This document shows positions 52,985 through 64,000 of a DNA stretch of 64,000 nt, in pieces. The translations under genes and the position numbers were made by a program. Position 1 is the first letter of the stretch. Each line of letters opens with the position of its first letter. The stretch is taken from positions 202,240-266,239 of the forward strand of contig MNCI01001360.1 of NCBI GenBank assembly GCA_015680685.1, given 5' to 3'. Under the pieces are notes generated by a model, which had not been told where the DNA came from, did no database searches, and was given only the letters and a program-made list of their open reading frames with translations. This DNA is from Gnetum montanum (taxonomy: Eukaryota > Plantae > Gnetophyta).

Positions 52985-54868
52985 TGATGAGTTACATTCT
53001 ATTAGTTGCATCAACAAGACCTTGTCAACGTGGCCTTGTCATTTAGGCCTCGTTGATGAGGCCTGGTTGATGCATCATATCATGCATCGACATGGCCTCA
53101 TCGATGTAGTGTCATGTGTCAACTATAAATACACATGTGCAGTCACATTTATGACATAACTAAATTTTAGTTGCAGTAGAGCTTTTGCATTTTTTCCATT
53201 TGAAAGTTAGAATTTTTCCCCGAGTGCCTGTAGCAGGAGTCATTGAGTATACAGATCTTTATTTGAGCATTGTTATACCTGAGCATGACAGTGTGTGCGG
53301 CAATAAAGACAAGCTTTCTAATAAAACTTGCAACACTTTAGATAGATTAGCTATTTTATTTATGCATTTAATGTTTTCAATTATTTATTAAATGTTTTCA
53401 ATTAGTTATTGAATATTTCCCAATTATTATGTTAATGAGATAATTAAGCGAGATAGATTACATACATAAGTATGACTGCTTCGAGTGTAACATGTATTTG
53501 CTTAGTAATCCTAGTAGTGTTATTGCTTGGTATGCTTAGTAGCATAGTGCTTGGTCGCCCAACAACAGATACATGGGTTTAGGATGCGTATAGAAAGTGA
53601 GAATGGATACTTATGTTAGGATTAGTTAAATGATTAGTTAATTAGTTAATTTAGATTAGTTAATCAAATCCCTTTTTATCTACAATTCAAGCACCCAACT
53701 ATAAAACATAAAAATGAGAAAAATCGAATGCCTTAGTTACACTTAATCATACCAACGAATGTCATAAGTGTAAGTGGGAAGACAATAATTGACCTTAAGG
53801 CTAGATTCACTTCCTAAAGGGCTAGTGCATTGGAAACAATAATGTCCATGAAATTCAATTGGATTACGCGTGAATACTTTGTGATTCGTATGGTTGGGCA
53901 TAGGGGTACCTTGCCGCTCATCATTGGTGCTGTTGCCAGGGACTTTGTTTGTGGAACATTCACTATTTAAGTTTAAGTGAATACCATTATATCATTATAC
54001 AAACCTAAAGGTCAATATCATTCCCACTATACATAGAATTATAAAAACACATTGACAATTTCATTTTGTTTTGCAACATGTCTTCTTCTTCTTGCAAGCA
54101 CAAGGATACCAAACCACTAGTACCACAAGAATGCAAGGTGGTATACACTCATCTAGATGAGTTTGTACCAGATTTCACCTTCATCCTACATCAAGATGAA
54201 CAAATGCAATGGTGTGATATGGAGGGCAAAGTCATCTTGCCCCCTGATCAATCTATGCCTAGGATGTTATTCAAAATCCTTAAGAAGTTGAGCATAGCAT
54301 ATCTTCACAAAGAATACATTGTGGATGGATACAACACTCGAAACTACTATCGCACTAACACTCAACGTAAATGAGATCAACATCAAGAGAAACTCCATGA
54401 AGCTACAAAGGGGAAATATTACACCAACCCCTTGTTCCTACTAGATTAAGAGGACAATGAGGATCCTCCCTTGGAATGTTCTTAACATGAAGATTCTCCA
54501 TCCCCTACTACTGATGGCGAGGCTATGAACCTAACCATGTGATCAACTATTCATAAATTAGGTTCAAGAAAGAGCGATAGCCAAGGTAGGGACTCAGGTA
54601 AACATGGCAACAATAAGGGAACTAAGGATGGTGATCGTAATAAGTGTAAGATTGTGGTAGACACTGTGGTGGCGATGGCGATCCATCTTCCTCTTCATCC
54701 TCTTCATCCAATTCCTAACATTCCTCTTCATTTGATGATTCTCATGGAAGTCGCTGTTGAAACAACTGTGATAAAGGTGATTGGTGAAATAACTATCACC
54801 AAGAAGGCCATCAAAATCGAAGGGGTGGCCAAAACCATCATTGGCATCATCAACACAGTGATGATGAT
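52985..54868 (+). mobile_element. Athila-like 5' LTR, PBS and start of ORF (second level)
   Basis: LTR 52985-53923 ending GCTCATCA; PBS TGGTGCTGTTGCCAGGGA; ORF start MSSSSCKHKD...VYTHLDEFVPDFTFILH. Confidence 0.88.
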
Positions 54869-57800
54869 TAATGAAGCATCCAATTGACTACGTTGACTGG
54901 GCCACGTCAATGAAGCCTTGTTAACGTAGTCGTGTTGATGTGACCCTGTCGACACATCTCTCCATGCATTGACATGGCCTCGTCAAAGAAAGAGCCCATT
55001 TTTTGCTATAAATATGCATGCACCCATCGCATTTATGGCACCTTTTGTTGAAGTTGTAGCAAAGTTCTTGTAGTTTCTTTCTGTAGGAGTTAAACTATTT
55101 TCCAAGTGCCCACAGAAGGAGTTCGAAGAGTGTACGACTCTTTATTCAAGTGCTAATGTACTTGAGCCCATTGGCATGAACGGCAATAAAGACGAGCTTG
55201 TTCAATATTCCTTGTAGAATTTGAACTAGATTACTTAAGCATTAATATTTTAATACTTTAATAATTTTAATGCTTTTGTTATCTCTTTATAGTTACAGTA
55301 TGTGTTTAGTAGTCTACAAGAACACATAAGCACGACCACCTCGAACATATGCCTAACACTTGGCAACCCAGTGACGCTTAACATCTGGCAACCCAGTAGT
55401 GATTAGGACATGCTTGGGATGTGCATGGAGGATGGGACCAGTTGCTAATGATAGGGGTAGTCAAGTGATAGAGTAGTGGAATCTTAAATTATCTAGCTTT
55501 TCACTCCCTATATTAGAAGAATTAGATATTAAAGATAAAAGGAAACATATAAAAAAATCATATGCCTCAGTCTCACTTAACCATCACCCTAAAATATCAC
55601 AAGTGAGGTTGAGAGGACAATGACCACTCTACTTAGGATTTTGATTGCTAGAATTTTGTGTGCGTAGGTGCTCACAGTCTTCGAAATTTGATCGAGTCAC
55701 GCGTGAACACTCATGATTTGTATGGTTGGACGTAGGGGTACCTTGCCGCTCATCATTGGCGCCATTGTCAAGGATTGTAAGTCTTATGTGCACTATCTAG
55801 CCTTAGCAAGATCATCACTCAGTTCGTTGGAACGGACCCATTACATCGAAATCTACTCACACTAAACAACTTAGGTAAGAGTAAGGCACACCAAGTTATT
55901 TGTTGCTTAACACTAGTATGTCTTCTTCTCACAAGCGAGATGGATCCAACCCACGAGTGCCCCAAGAATGTTGGGTGGTATATACTCATCCAGATGAGTA
56001 TATACCCAACTTCACCTTCATCCTACATTAGGATGAGGAGATGCGATGGTAGGACATGGAGGGCAACATTATATTTCCCCCTTATTGATCGGTCCCTGGA
56101 ATGCTGCTCTAAACTCTCACCAAGTTGGGCATTCAGGGCCGAGGTGCAAAGTACATTATGGAGGATCATGACTATCAGGATTATCATCCAAATGAAGCAT
56201 AGCATAAATAGGACCAACAACAGGAAAAATGCCATGAACAAGCAAATGGAAAAGGGTTCAGTAACCCTTTCTTCCTGTAGGACCAACATGATGATGAGGA
56301 ACATGTTTCTCGTGGTTCTTGTTCCTCCGAATCTCCTCCCCCATGTCAAAACATATGATCTGTTGTATAGAGTAAAGAATTAAACAACCAAGAGTCCCAA
56401 GATGATGAGGGATCTCATGGAGGAGATCATGGTGGAGGTGAAGATGGATGTGAAGATTGAGGCCATCATCATAAAAGAGGAGGTGATTGACACCGAGGGG
56501 ATGGCAGTTCCCTCCCCTCCCCCCTCTTCTCTATCCTCTCATTCCACCTTATCTTCATAAGGTTCTAACTCCGACTGCAACCATCGTAGGAGAGATCATG
56601 ATGATGGTGATCGCAGAAATAGGGGAGGCTAATGGGGACGATGTGATCGAGACCATCATGAAAGGAGAGGTAGCATAGACCATCATATATGTCATGGCGA
56701 TTATCGAGATCATGAATTTGATGAACCACTACTTGCCATTTGAAACATGCTCAACATAGCAAAGGTAGTTCAAATACCTACCAGGCACTTGAGAGATAGT
56801 CATATCAAGCGTCTTGATATGAACAACATCCCCTGATTTGAAGGGGGATATAATTGTGATTCGCAGACTTACCTAGAAGCATTTCATGATGCCTACACCC
56901 TGCAAAATATTGAAAATGAATGGCAGAAACTCAAGCTATTCCCTTGAATACTCGTCAAGAAAGTAGAAAGCTGGTATCTGTCTTTGGAGCTAGAATCAAT
57001 CAGACAATGGAGCACGATGCTAGAGCTCTTCAATGATAAATACCAAACTTACTCTAGAGTGTCTAATTTGAGATGACAAATTCAAGGGTAGAAACAAGGT
57101 AGCCATGAACACTTGGATGCAGCCATGGGCAGATATTACTCATTGTTGCACCGATGCCTTAGTCATGACTACTCTTAGCGGGAACAACTCTGCCATATCA
57201 TCGATGGGCTCTGTTTCGAAACAAGAAAGACCCTTGGTGTTTATGCTTAAGGATGGCTATTCGAGTTAAGGGCTCATCAGCTTCAACAATTAATTAGGTA
57301 GGTAGCTAAGGAAGAGGGAGAACTACAGAAGTGGGAAAGTGCAGAAGAGTATAATCAAGATCCTTCCATCTGAAAAAAGGAAGTTCGATTCTGTGAAGAT
57401 GAGGAGAAATCACCACTGAATGCAGCAATGAACAGGAAAACCATGCCCATACAAAAATTCATTTCTAAAATTTTGGCCAAGGTGGACAAGATGTGGGATT
57501 CTTTGGATGAAAGATTCCAAAGTGTTCTAAAAAGCACAAAAGAATCCAAAGAACAGAGTAATGATCAGGATCGACAAAGAAGAAAAGAAGCTAAACATGC
57601 CTAGCACAAAGGTAAGGGCAAAGTGGCTACAATGGAATAAGTTATAGACTCTAACATTAAGGAAGATGAGGGATGTGCATATGCTAGTACGAACATCCTA
57701 AGGGATGCTATCCCGTGGTGTCACATTTGTAAGAATATGGGGTGTATGCTCTAAATCCTTACTTAGCAAAAAGGATAACACCCCAAAGATTGCCTTATTC

Positions 57801-60800
57801 CCAAGGCAATTCCAGGCTATTCCACCAACAATAGGGATATTATCCAAGTGGAGCTCTGCCACAACTATATGAATACTACTAACAATGGCAGCACCCACAG
57901 TCCTGGAGGATGCCACCCCCAAGGTAGCAATACCCGTACCGGTAGTCAGATCCTTATGGGTACTACATTCAGTAGCTAATCTCTCTGTGGGACTCTTTTA
58001 GTCACGTGACCTTCCAAATTCATTACTATCCTCCAGAATACTTCCGGGCTCAATCTCCATCACCTAGGGGGAAATCCCACATCTGCACTATCCTCCGCCA
58101 CCTTCTCTTGCCACACCTATCCATCAGCCCTCAACTCAGCTACCTCCTACTCTAGTCATATAGGGAGAGATACCTCTATAGCCATAGCAACGTAATTCCA
58201 TAAGGGCCATCAATTTACAATCGGCTTCTCAGTTGAGTGGGTTAGAATCAAAACTGCGAAAACATCCCTTTTTCTAGCCTAATAACCTAAACGTACCCTC
58301 ACACTCACCTGTGGCCAATGCCCCTACATCTCCAACTCCCTCTACTGCTTAATCCTTCAAGCAACCTTCGAACCAAATGCCTCCCAAAGTGCAAACCATC
58401 ATGTTAACACATGCTATGATGAACTGGATAAAGGTGAGTCATCTTCCTCAGAAATTGGCTGATCTAGGAAGCCCTCTCATATACCTTCAAGTAGTAAGAA
58501 AAAAGCCATGCAAAGCTCTTTTGGATTCAGGGTCAGGGGTCAACCTAATTTCACATGATATGTACAAGACTTGGAACCTGCCCCTGTTGAAGAAAAGCAA
58601 CATTCGGCTCAAGTTGGCAAACTAATTCATTACTGTCCCTTGGTATTGGTGGAAGATATTGTGACCACTGTTTATGGATGGTCCTACCCTGCTGATTTCC
58701 TAGTAATCCGTGTCAATAATTGCAAGAGGGACTTCCAAATTATAATGGGAAGAGCATGGCTTAGCACAGTGGATGCACATTTGGGACTCCAAGATCTCTC
58801 CCTTGAAATTTCTAAGGAAAATCCTTTTGGGAAGATCGAGAGGAAGCGTGTTCTATGCATCGCATACAATGAATCTGGGTGCAACTGTGTGCAGCAACTC
58901 TAGTCTGTTAAGCAGGCATTCATTCAAGCATGGAGTTGGTGTATCGTCAAATCACAAATTCAACAATGCTTGTGCGCAATAGCCACTAACCAGGAAGGCA
59001 CCCAGTGGTTGACCACTGATTCTGACAGTAGCATCCTATGTATGGAATCCTCTGAGAGCCTTGTATGTGCCTATATGGGGAGCATGGATGAACTGGAATA
59101 AGTCCATCAACAACTTTCCACTACTAATGATGATATTAATTAGGGAAAGCTACAGATTTTGAAAGCTTTAAATAGGAGGCCTTAAAACTAAAATCCTTAA
59201 TGGCCAATTTGGAATATGCATTCTTGTAGAACAGTAAGCCGGTAATAATCAATGCCACTCTTGCTCCAGAGAAAAAGAAGAAGCTACTAAGGATGATGAA
59301 AAAGTGGTTGACTGCCTTTGCATGGTCATATCCTGAGTTGACAGGGATTGATCTTAGGGTATGCCAACATCGAATCTATATTGACCCTTCCATGAAGCCA
59401 CGATGATAGCTGCAAAGACGATTGAATCCCAAACTTAAATAGATCATCAAGGATGAAATTGAGAAATTTTTGAAGGCGAGATTCATCTACCCCATTGTGG
59501 ATAGTGAATGGGTTAGCCCACTCATTATTGTGCCAAAAAAGATGGCAAATTGAGAGTCTGTATTGATTTTCAATTACTAAATATGACAACCTTTAAGGAT
59601 CATTTTCCACTTCTATTTGTGGACCAGGTGTTGGACATCATTTTGGGGCATTGTTACTACAACTTCCTAGATGGTTATAGTGGCTATAACCAAATCCAAA
59701 TTGCACCAGAGGACCAGGCCAAGACAACGTTTACAAGTCCTTGGGGGACTTTCACATATAGGAAGATGCCATTTGGCCTGTGTAATGCACATGCAACCTT
59801 CTAACACCTTGTCCTTAGCATCTTCCAGTAGTAAATCAACAATGGTGTAGAAGTTTTTATGGATGAATTCTCCACCTATGGAACAACATTCGAGCAAGCC
59901 TCGAACGGCCTTGAGCAGGTTTTGAAGTGACGTGTAGAAACTAACTTATAGCTCAACTGGCAAAAGAGCCACCTAATGGTGCAAAAAGGCATTGTTTTGG
60001 AGCATCAAATTTCACAAGTAGGGATCAGAGTGGATCCTGAGAAAATTAGGGCTATCTAAGGAATTACCAGTTAGCCAGGAACTATAAGGGATGTTCGATT
60101 ATTTCTTGGACACAATGGTTACTACTGGCGCTTTATCGAGAATTTCTTAAAGATCACCAAGTTGTTGGTCGAGCTAATCAAGAAAGACACTTCGTTTGTC
60201 TGGATTAGGAAATGTAAATCTACATTCCAAACACTGAAGCAAAAACTCGTAGAGACTCCAATTCTACAAGCCCCTGATTGGTCTAGATCATTTCACATCA
60301 TGAAGGATGCATCTAATTATGCATTGGAAGCCATGCTCACACAGTTGGATGACCAGAAATGTCCATATTACATCCATTGTGCAAGAAGAAGTATTGTGGG
60401 TGCTCAGCTAAATTACACCAGCACCAAAAAGGAATTAATGGTAGTGGTGTTCGCCTTGGAAAAGTTTTGACACTATGTGCTTAGATACAAGGTGTTTGTG
60501 CATACAGACCATAGTGCCATCTAGTTCCTTATGAACAAACCAATGGTAAGGCTCCATGCAATATCACGATCCTTTAAGAATTCGATCTATGGTAGAAAAA
60601 AAGGGAACTGAGAATATGGTTGTTGATCACTTATCTCAATTATGATGGGACAGCTTGAAGGAGGAGGGCCCACTCTCTAACCAGTTTCTAGATGAACTCC
60701 TTGTTGTTGGAGCAATTGCAAAGGAGGCATCCATAGGATCAAATTGGTTTGGCGACATCCCTACGTATCTTCTTACACAAGAGCTACCAAAGGAGTTGGA

Positions 60801-62976
60801 TCATTGGAAGAAACAACGATTTCTTCACAGAGCCAAGCACTTCATGGAAATCAATGGACACCTTTATAAGGTATGTGTAGATGGCTTGGTTCAATGGTGC
60901 GTCCTTGATACAGATCAACTATGCATCCTCCAGGATGCTCACAAGGGCCCTTGTGGGGGCCATTATACAGGAAGATGCACGACCATTAAGATCCTACTCG
61001 CAGGATACTACTGGCCTACACTCTTCAAAGATGCTTAATGGTTCATCTACTCTTGTGATCGATATCAAAAAGATGGTGGGTTGACAGTAAGAATGGAGGG
61101 ACCTCAACAATGGATTTAGCCACTAGAGCCATTTGACATTTGGAGCATCAACTTCATGGGCCCCATTGCACCCATGTCAAACGGGAAGGCGTACATTATT
61201 GTCGTAGTGGACTACTGTACAAAGTGGGTAGAAGTTGTAACCATCACCGATTGTTCCTCAACCATGACTGCACGATTTGTTCAATAGCAAATTGTGAATA
61301 GGTTTGGGGTGCTATGTGCACTCATTTCAAATAATGACACTCACTTCACAGGTGTTACTTTTCGTAAACTCATGCAACATTTGAGGGTAGAACATAAACT
61401 AATAACACCTTATCACCCTCAAGCCAATGAGTAAGTCGAAGTCACAAACCGAGAGATTACAAAGATCCTAACTAGGACAATTAGCAAATATAGGAGGGAT
61501 TGGAGCACAAAACTTAATGACATACTCTAGGCCTACCGCTCAACATGGAAACTTCCTATAAGCTACTCCCCTTATGAGTTGGTGTATAGAAAATTGCCAA
61601 TGCTCCCGATTCAGGCAGAACTCTGAACACTATCCACTGCAAATGACTTAAACCTTGACTTATTCCTAGCACAACAAGAACATCTCATCAACTTGAATTT
61701 GCTGGATGAGAATCAATTAGTAGCCCTATCATCGAATGAGGTGCACAAGGCATATAACAAACAATGTCATGACCTTAGGATTCGAAAGGTAACATTTCAA
61801 CGTGGAGATAAGGTCCTCTATTGGAACCCCACGCATGTGTCACAATGGACTAAAATTCAAACACTGTGGAAGGGACCTTATATTATTTCCAAGAACTTTC
61901 CATTTGGGGCCCTACTCATACACAAACCTAAAGACCCAACAAGAATGTAGTTGGTCAACATGCAACAATTGAAATCCTTCCATGAACTACACCAAACCAG
62001 TGTCGCTATGACCTCGCCAAATGATCGACTCGACCATGTTCCATCTTTCAAATCTCCTCTTCCAAACTTAATTGTGAGGGAGATCGCTACCCATGCTAAA
62101 ATAGTTGTTTTGGCTTCTCAGTTCCTTTCTATATTTTTTGTTTTACACATTTTTGTTTTACACCATCATTTGTACATTTAACGATTCTTACTTACTTTTT
62201 CTTATATATATATATATAACCTTTATTCTATTTTCAATATTTTTTTTCTATTTTATTTTATTTTATTTTCCTCTATTTACTTTTGCTAATAAAGCCATCT
62301 TATTGCCACAGGATGCAATGGTGTGGTAGTTTCTCCTAACAGTGGTTTGCATATTATGGTTTGCCCATTATATCTAGTTCTTACCTTAGCATTTTGGGTT
62401 CAGAAAACTAAGTTATACTTTCTTTCATCTAACGGTCAGTGAGTCCATGACATTTGACCACTCACACTTTTCTATGGTACCCTGGGATCAAGAGAAATAT
62501 AGACCCTTTTCTGTTAATCAACTTCAATAAATCTTTGACCTTGGTGAATTCTAGACTTGGGAAAGATCCAAGTGGTAAGGAACAAGGTGTGACTTGAAGG
62601 GGATGTGGTGGACTACGTATCCTCCTATGATCTCTTGAGAATTGCTATGCTTAGGGATTCCTTCTTGTTCCATGTCGATGAATAACAGGAAGCTAACATG
62701 TCCTTGCATGGTGTGGTTCCCATTTGAAAAAAAAAAAGAGAAAAAAAAAACAATGGAAATTCAAAGCACACCCCTTGGACCAACCAATATATCCTTGCAT
62801 GGTGTGGTTCCCATTAAAAAAAACAAGACAAAACAAATAATAATGGGAATTTAAAGCACACCCCTTGGATCAAATAATAGGCTACTAGCACTGGTTATGG
62901 GACTAGAAAGCCATGTTACCCAGGCTTGAAGGTCCCCTCTAATTAAGGCCCCTCCTTCCTGCTTTCTGTTTCTTGT
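54869..62976 (+). mobile_element. Athila-like element with complete but decayed gag-pol (third level)
   Basis: LTR ~54869-55755; PBS TGGCGCCATTGTCAAGG. Protease ALLDSGSGVNLI; RT KDHFPL, FLDGYSGYNQI, MPFGLCNA, FMDEF; RNase H DASNYA, NYTSTKKEL; integrase HKGPCGGHY, GYYWPTLFKDA. Confidence 0.93.
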
Positions 62977-64000
62977 TGATGAGACATGAATTGCACAGGT
63001 TGCAATATCGCATACGCGATATCGCATCTGACGCGATATTACGCGATATCACATCATTCCCTGCGATATCGCGTACAAGATATTGCGGTCCGTCACCAAA
63101 TCTATAAATAAGAGGTGGCACTCCCCTCATTTCCCATCAGATAGGCTAAGTAGCGAAGCTCTAGCGGATTGATCACCCNNNNNNNNNNNNNNNNNNNNNN
63201 NNNNNNNNNNNNNNNNNNNNNNNNNNNNNNNNNNNNNNNNNNNNNNNNNNNNNNNNNNNNNNTACCTCCTAGAACGTGGGACAAGTACGACTTGATTACA
63301 AGCATCTACGGATGTGTACGACTAGTCAAGGAATCGGCTGCTTGTCACACTTAGGTTAGTTAAGTGCCTTAGTATCACCGCTTCAAGCATGTGTGTTACG
63401 TGTGGTAATCCCAGTAATGATTAGCGTTTGGTAGCCACAGTTGCACAGTTTAGGGTGTGTACGACAAGTGGGAATGGATGCTGATGCTAGGACTTAGTGT
63501 TGTAGTTAGAATTAGTTTTAGTCTCTCAACCCTTCACCGTTAGCATAGGAGATAAACTGTAAAATACCAAAAAAATCATATACCTCGGACTTACTTAACC
63601 ATACACCGTGACAACAACAAGTAAGTCTGGGAAGACAACGATTAATTAACCCCAAGTGTTCCTTGCGTCGTTTAGGCATTTAGTTTGTGGAGTTCGACTG
63701 GATCGCGCGTGCTACGCTCGTTTCGTATGGTTGAGTGTAGGGGTACCTCGCCACTCATCATTGGCGCCGTTGTTGGGGACTAAGTGTTTTTACGCCAATT
63801 AGAACATTAGGAAATTTTTTACATTGTTGTGAGCCTTAACGAACCTTCGGGTTAATTAGACAATCAAGAACATATATAAAAGTGAATAGCACACCAATAA
63901 AATGGCTTCTTCTCATAAGGTTAACTCACCTAAGGATAACATAGAAGATAGTCAGCATCATATACATAACCCAAATCAGGCAAGTCCTAAAGAATCTAAG
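62977..64000 (+). mobile_element. Athila-like 5' LTR, PBS and ORF start (innermost, CpG-rich)
   Basis: LTR 62977-63760 ending ACTCATCA; near-intact PBS TGGCGCCGTTGTTGGGGA; ATGGCTTCTTCT at 63902; contains an N gap and runs off the window. Confidence 0.9.

Noticed and set aside
62434-62465. Pseudoknot-like GGTCA/GTGAGT...TGACC/ACTCAC
   Set aside because: Zero-length loops make an H-type knot implausible, and it is only partly conserved at ~38745.

Overview
Repeat-dense land-plant nuclear DNA from a large genome with giant introns (fern/gymnosperm-like; the taxon is an inference). The only host gene is a tRNA-dihydrouridine synthase (DUS1-like) on the minus strand: exon 1 at 49346-49915 and exon 2 at 24327-24433. 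Intron 1 is about 24.9 kb, and no exon 3 was found in the remaining ~24 kb. The introns and upstream region hold nested, decayed transposons: (i) a non-autonomous LTR element (1628-18236) containing a Gypsy (2387-9099) and a full-length L1-type LINE (9743-15736); (ii) a second, related LINE (~20370-23905, minus); (iii) a Copia fragment; (iv) a three-level nest of Gypsy (26259-45266) > Athila-like (28987-43823) > Copia (31855-36725); (v) a decayed Merlin/ISXO2-like DNA transposon (~47123-48994); (vi) four stacked Athila-like elements (51824-64000). Main finding: in both LINEs, the region where many plant L1s carry RNase H instead holds a conserved PMD/Transposase_32-like domain plus a coiled coil. 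The full-length copy ends in an apparent DnaJ J-domain and a CxxC motif. I know of no described LINE with this architecture. All domain calls come from manual motif recognition; no database searches were run.
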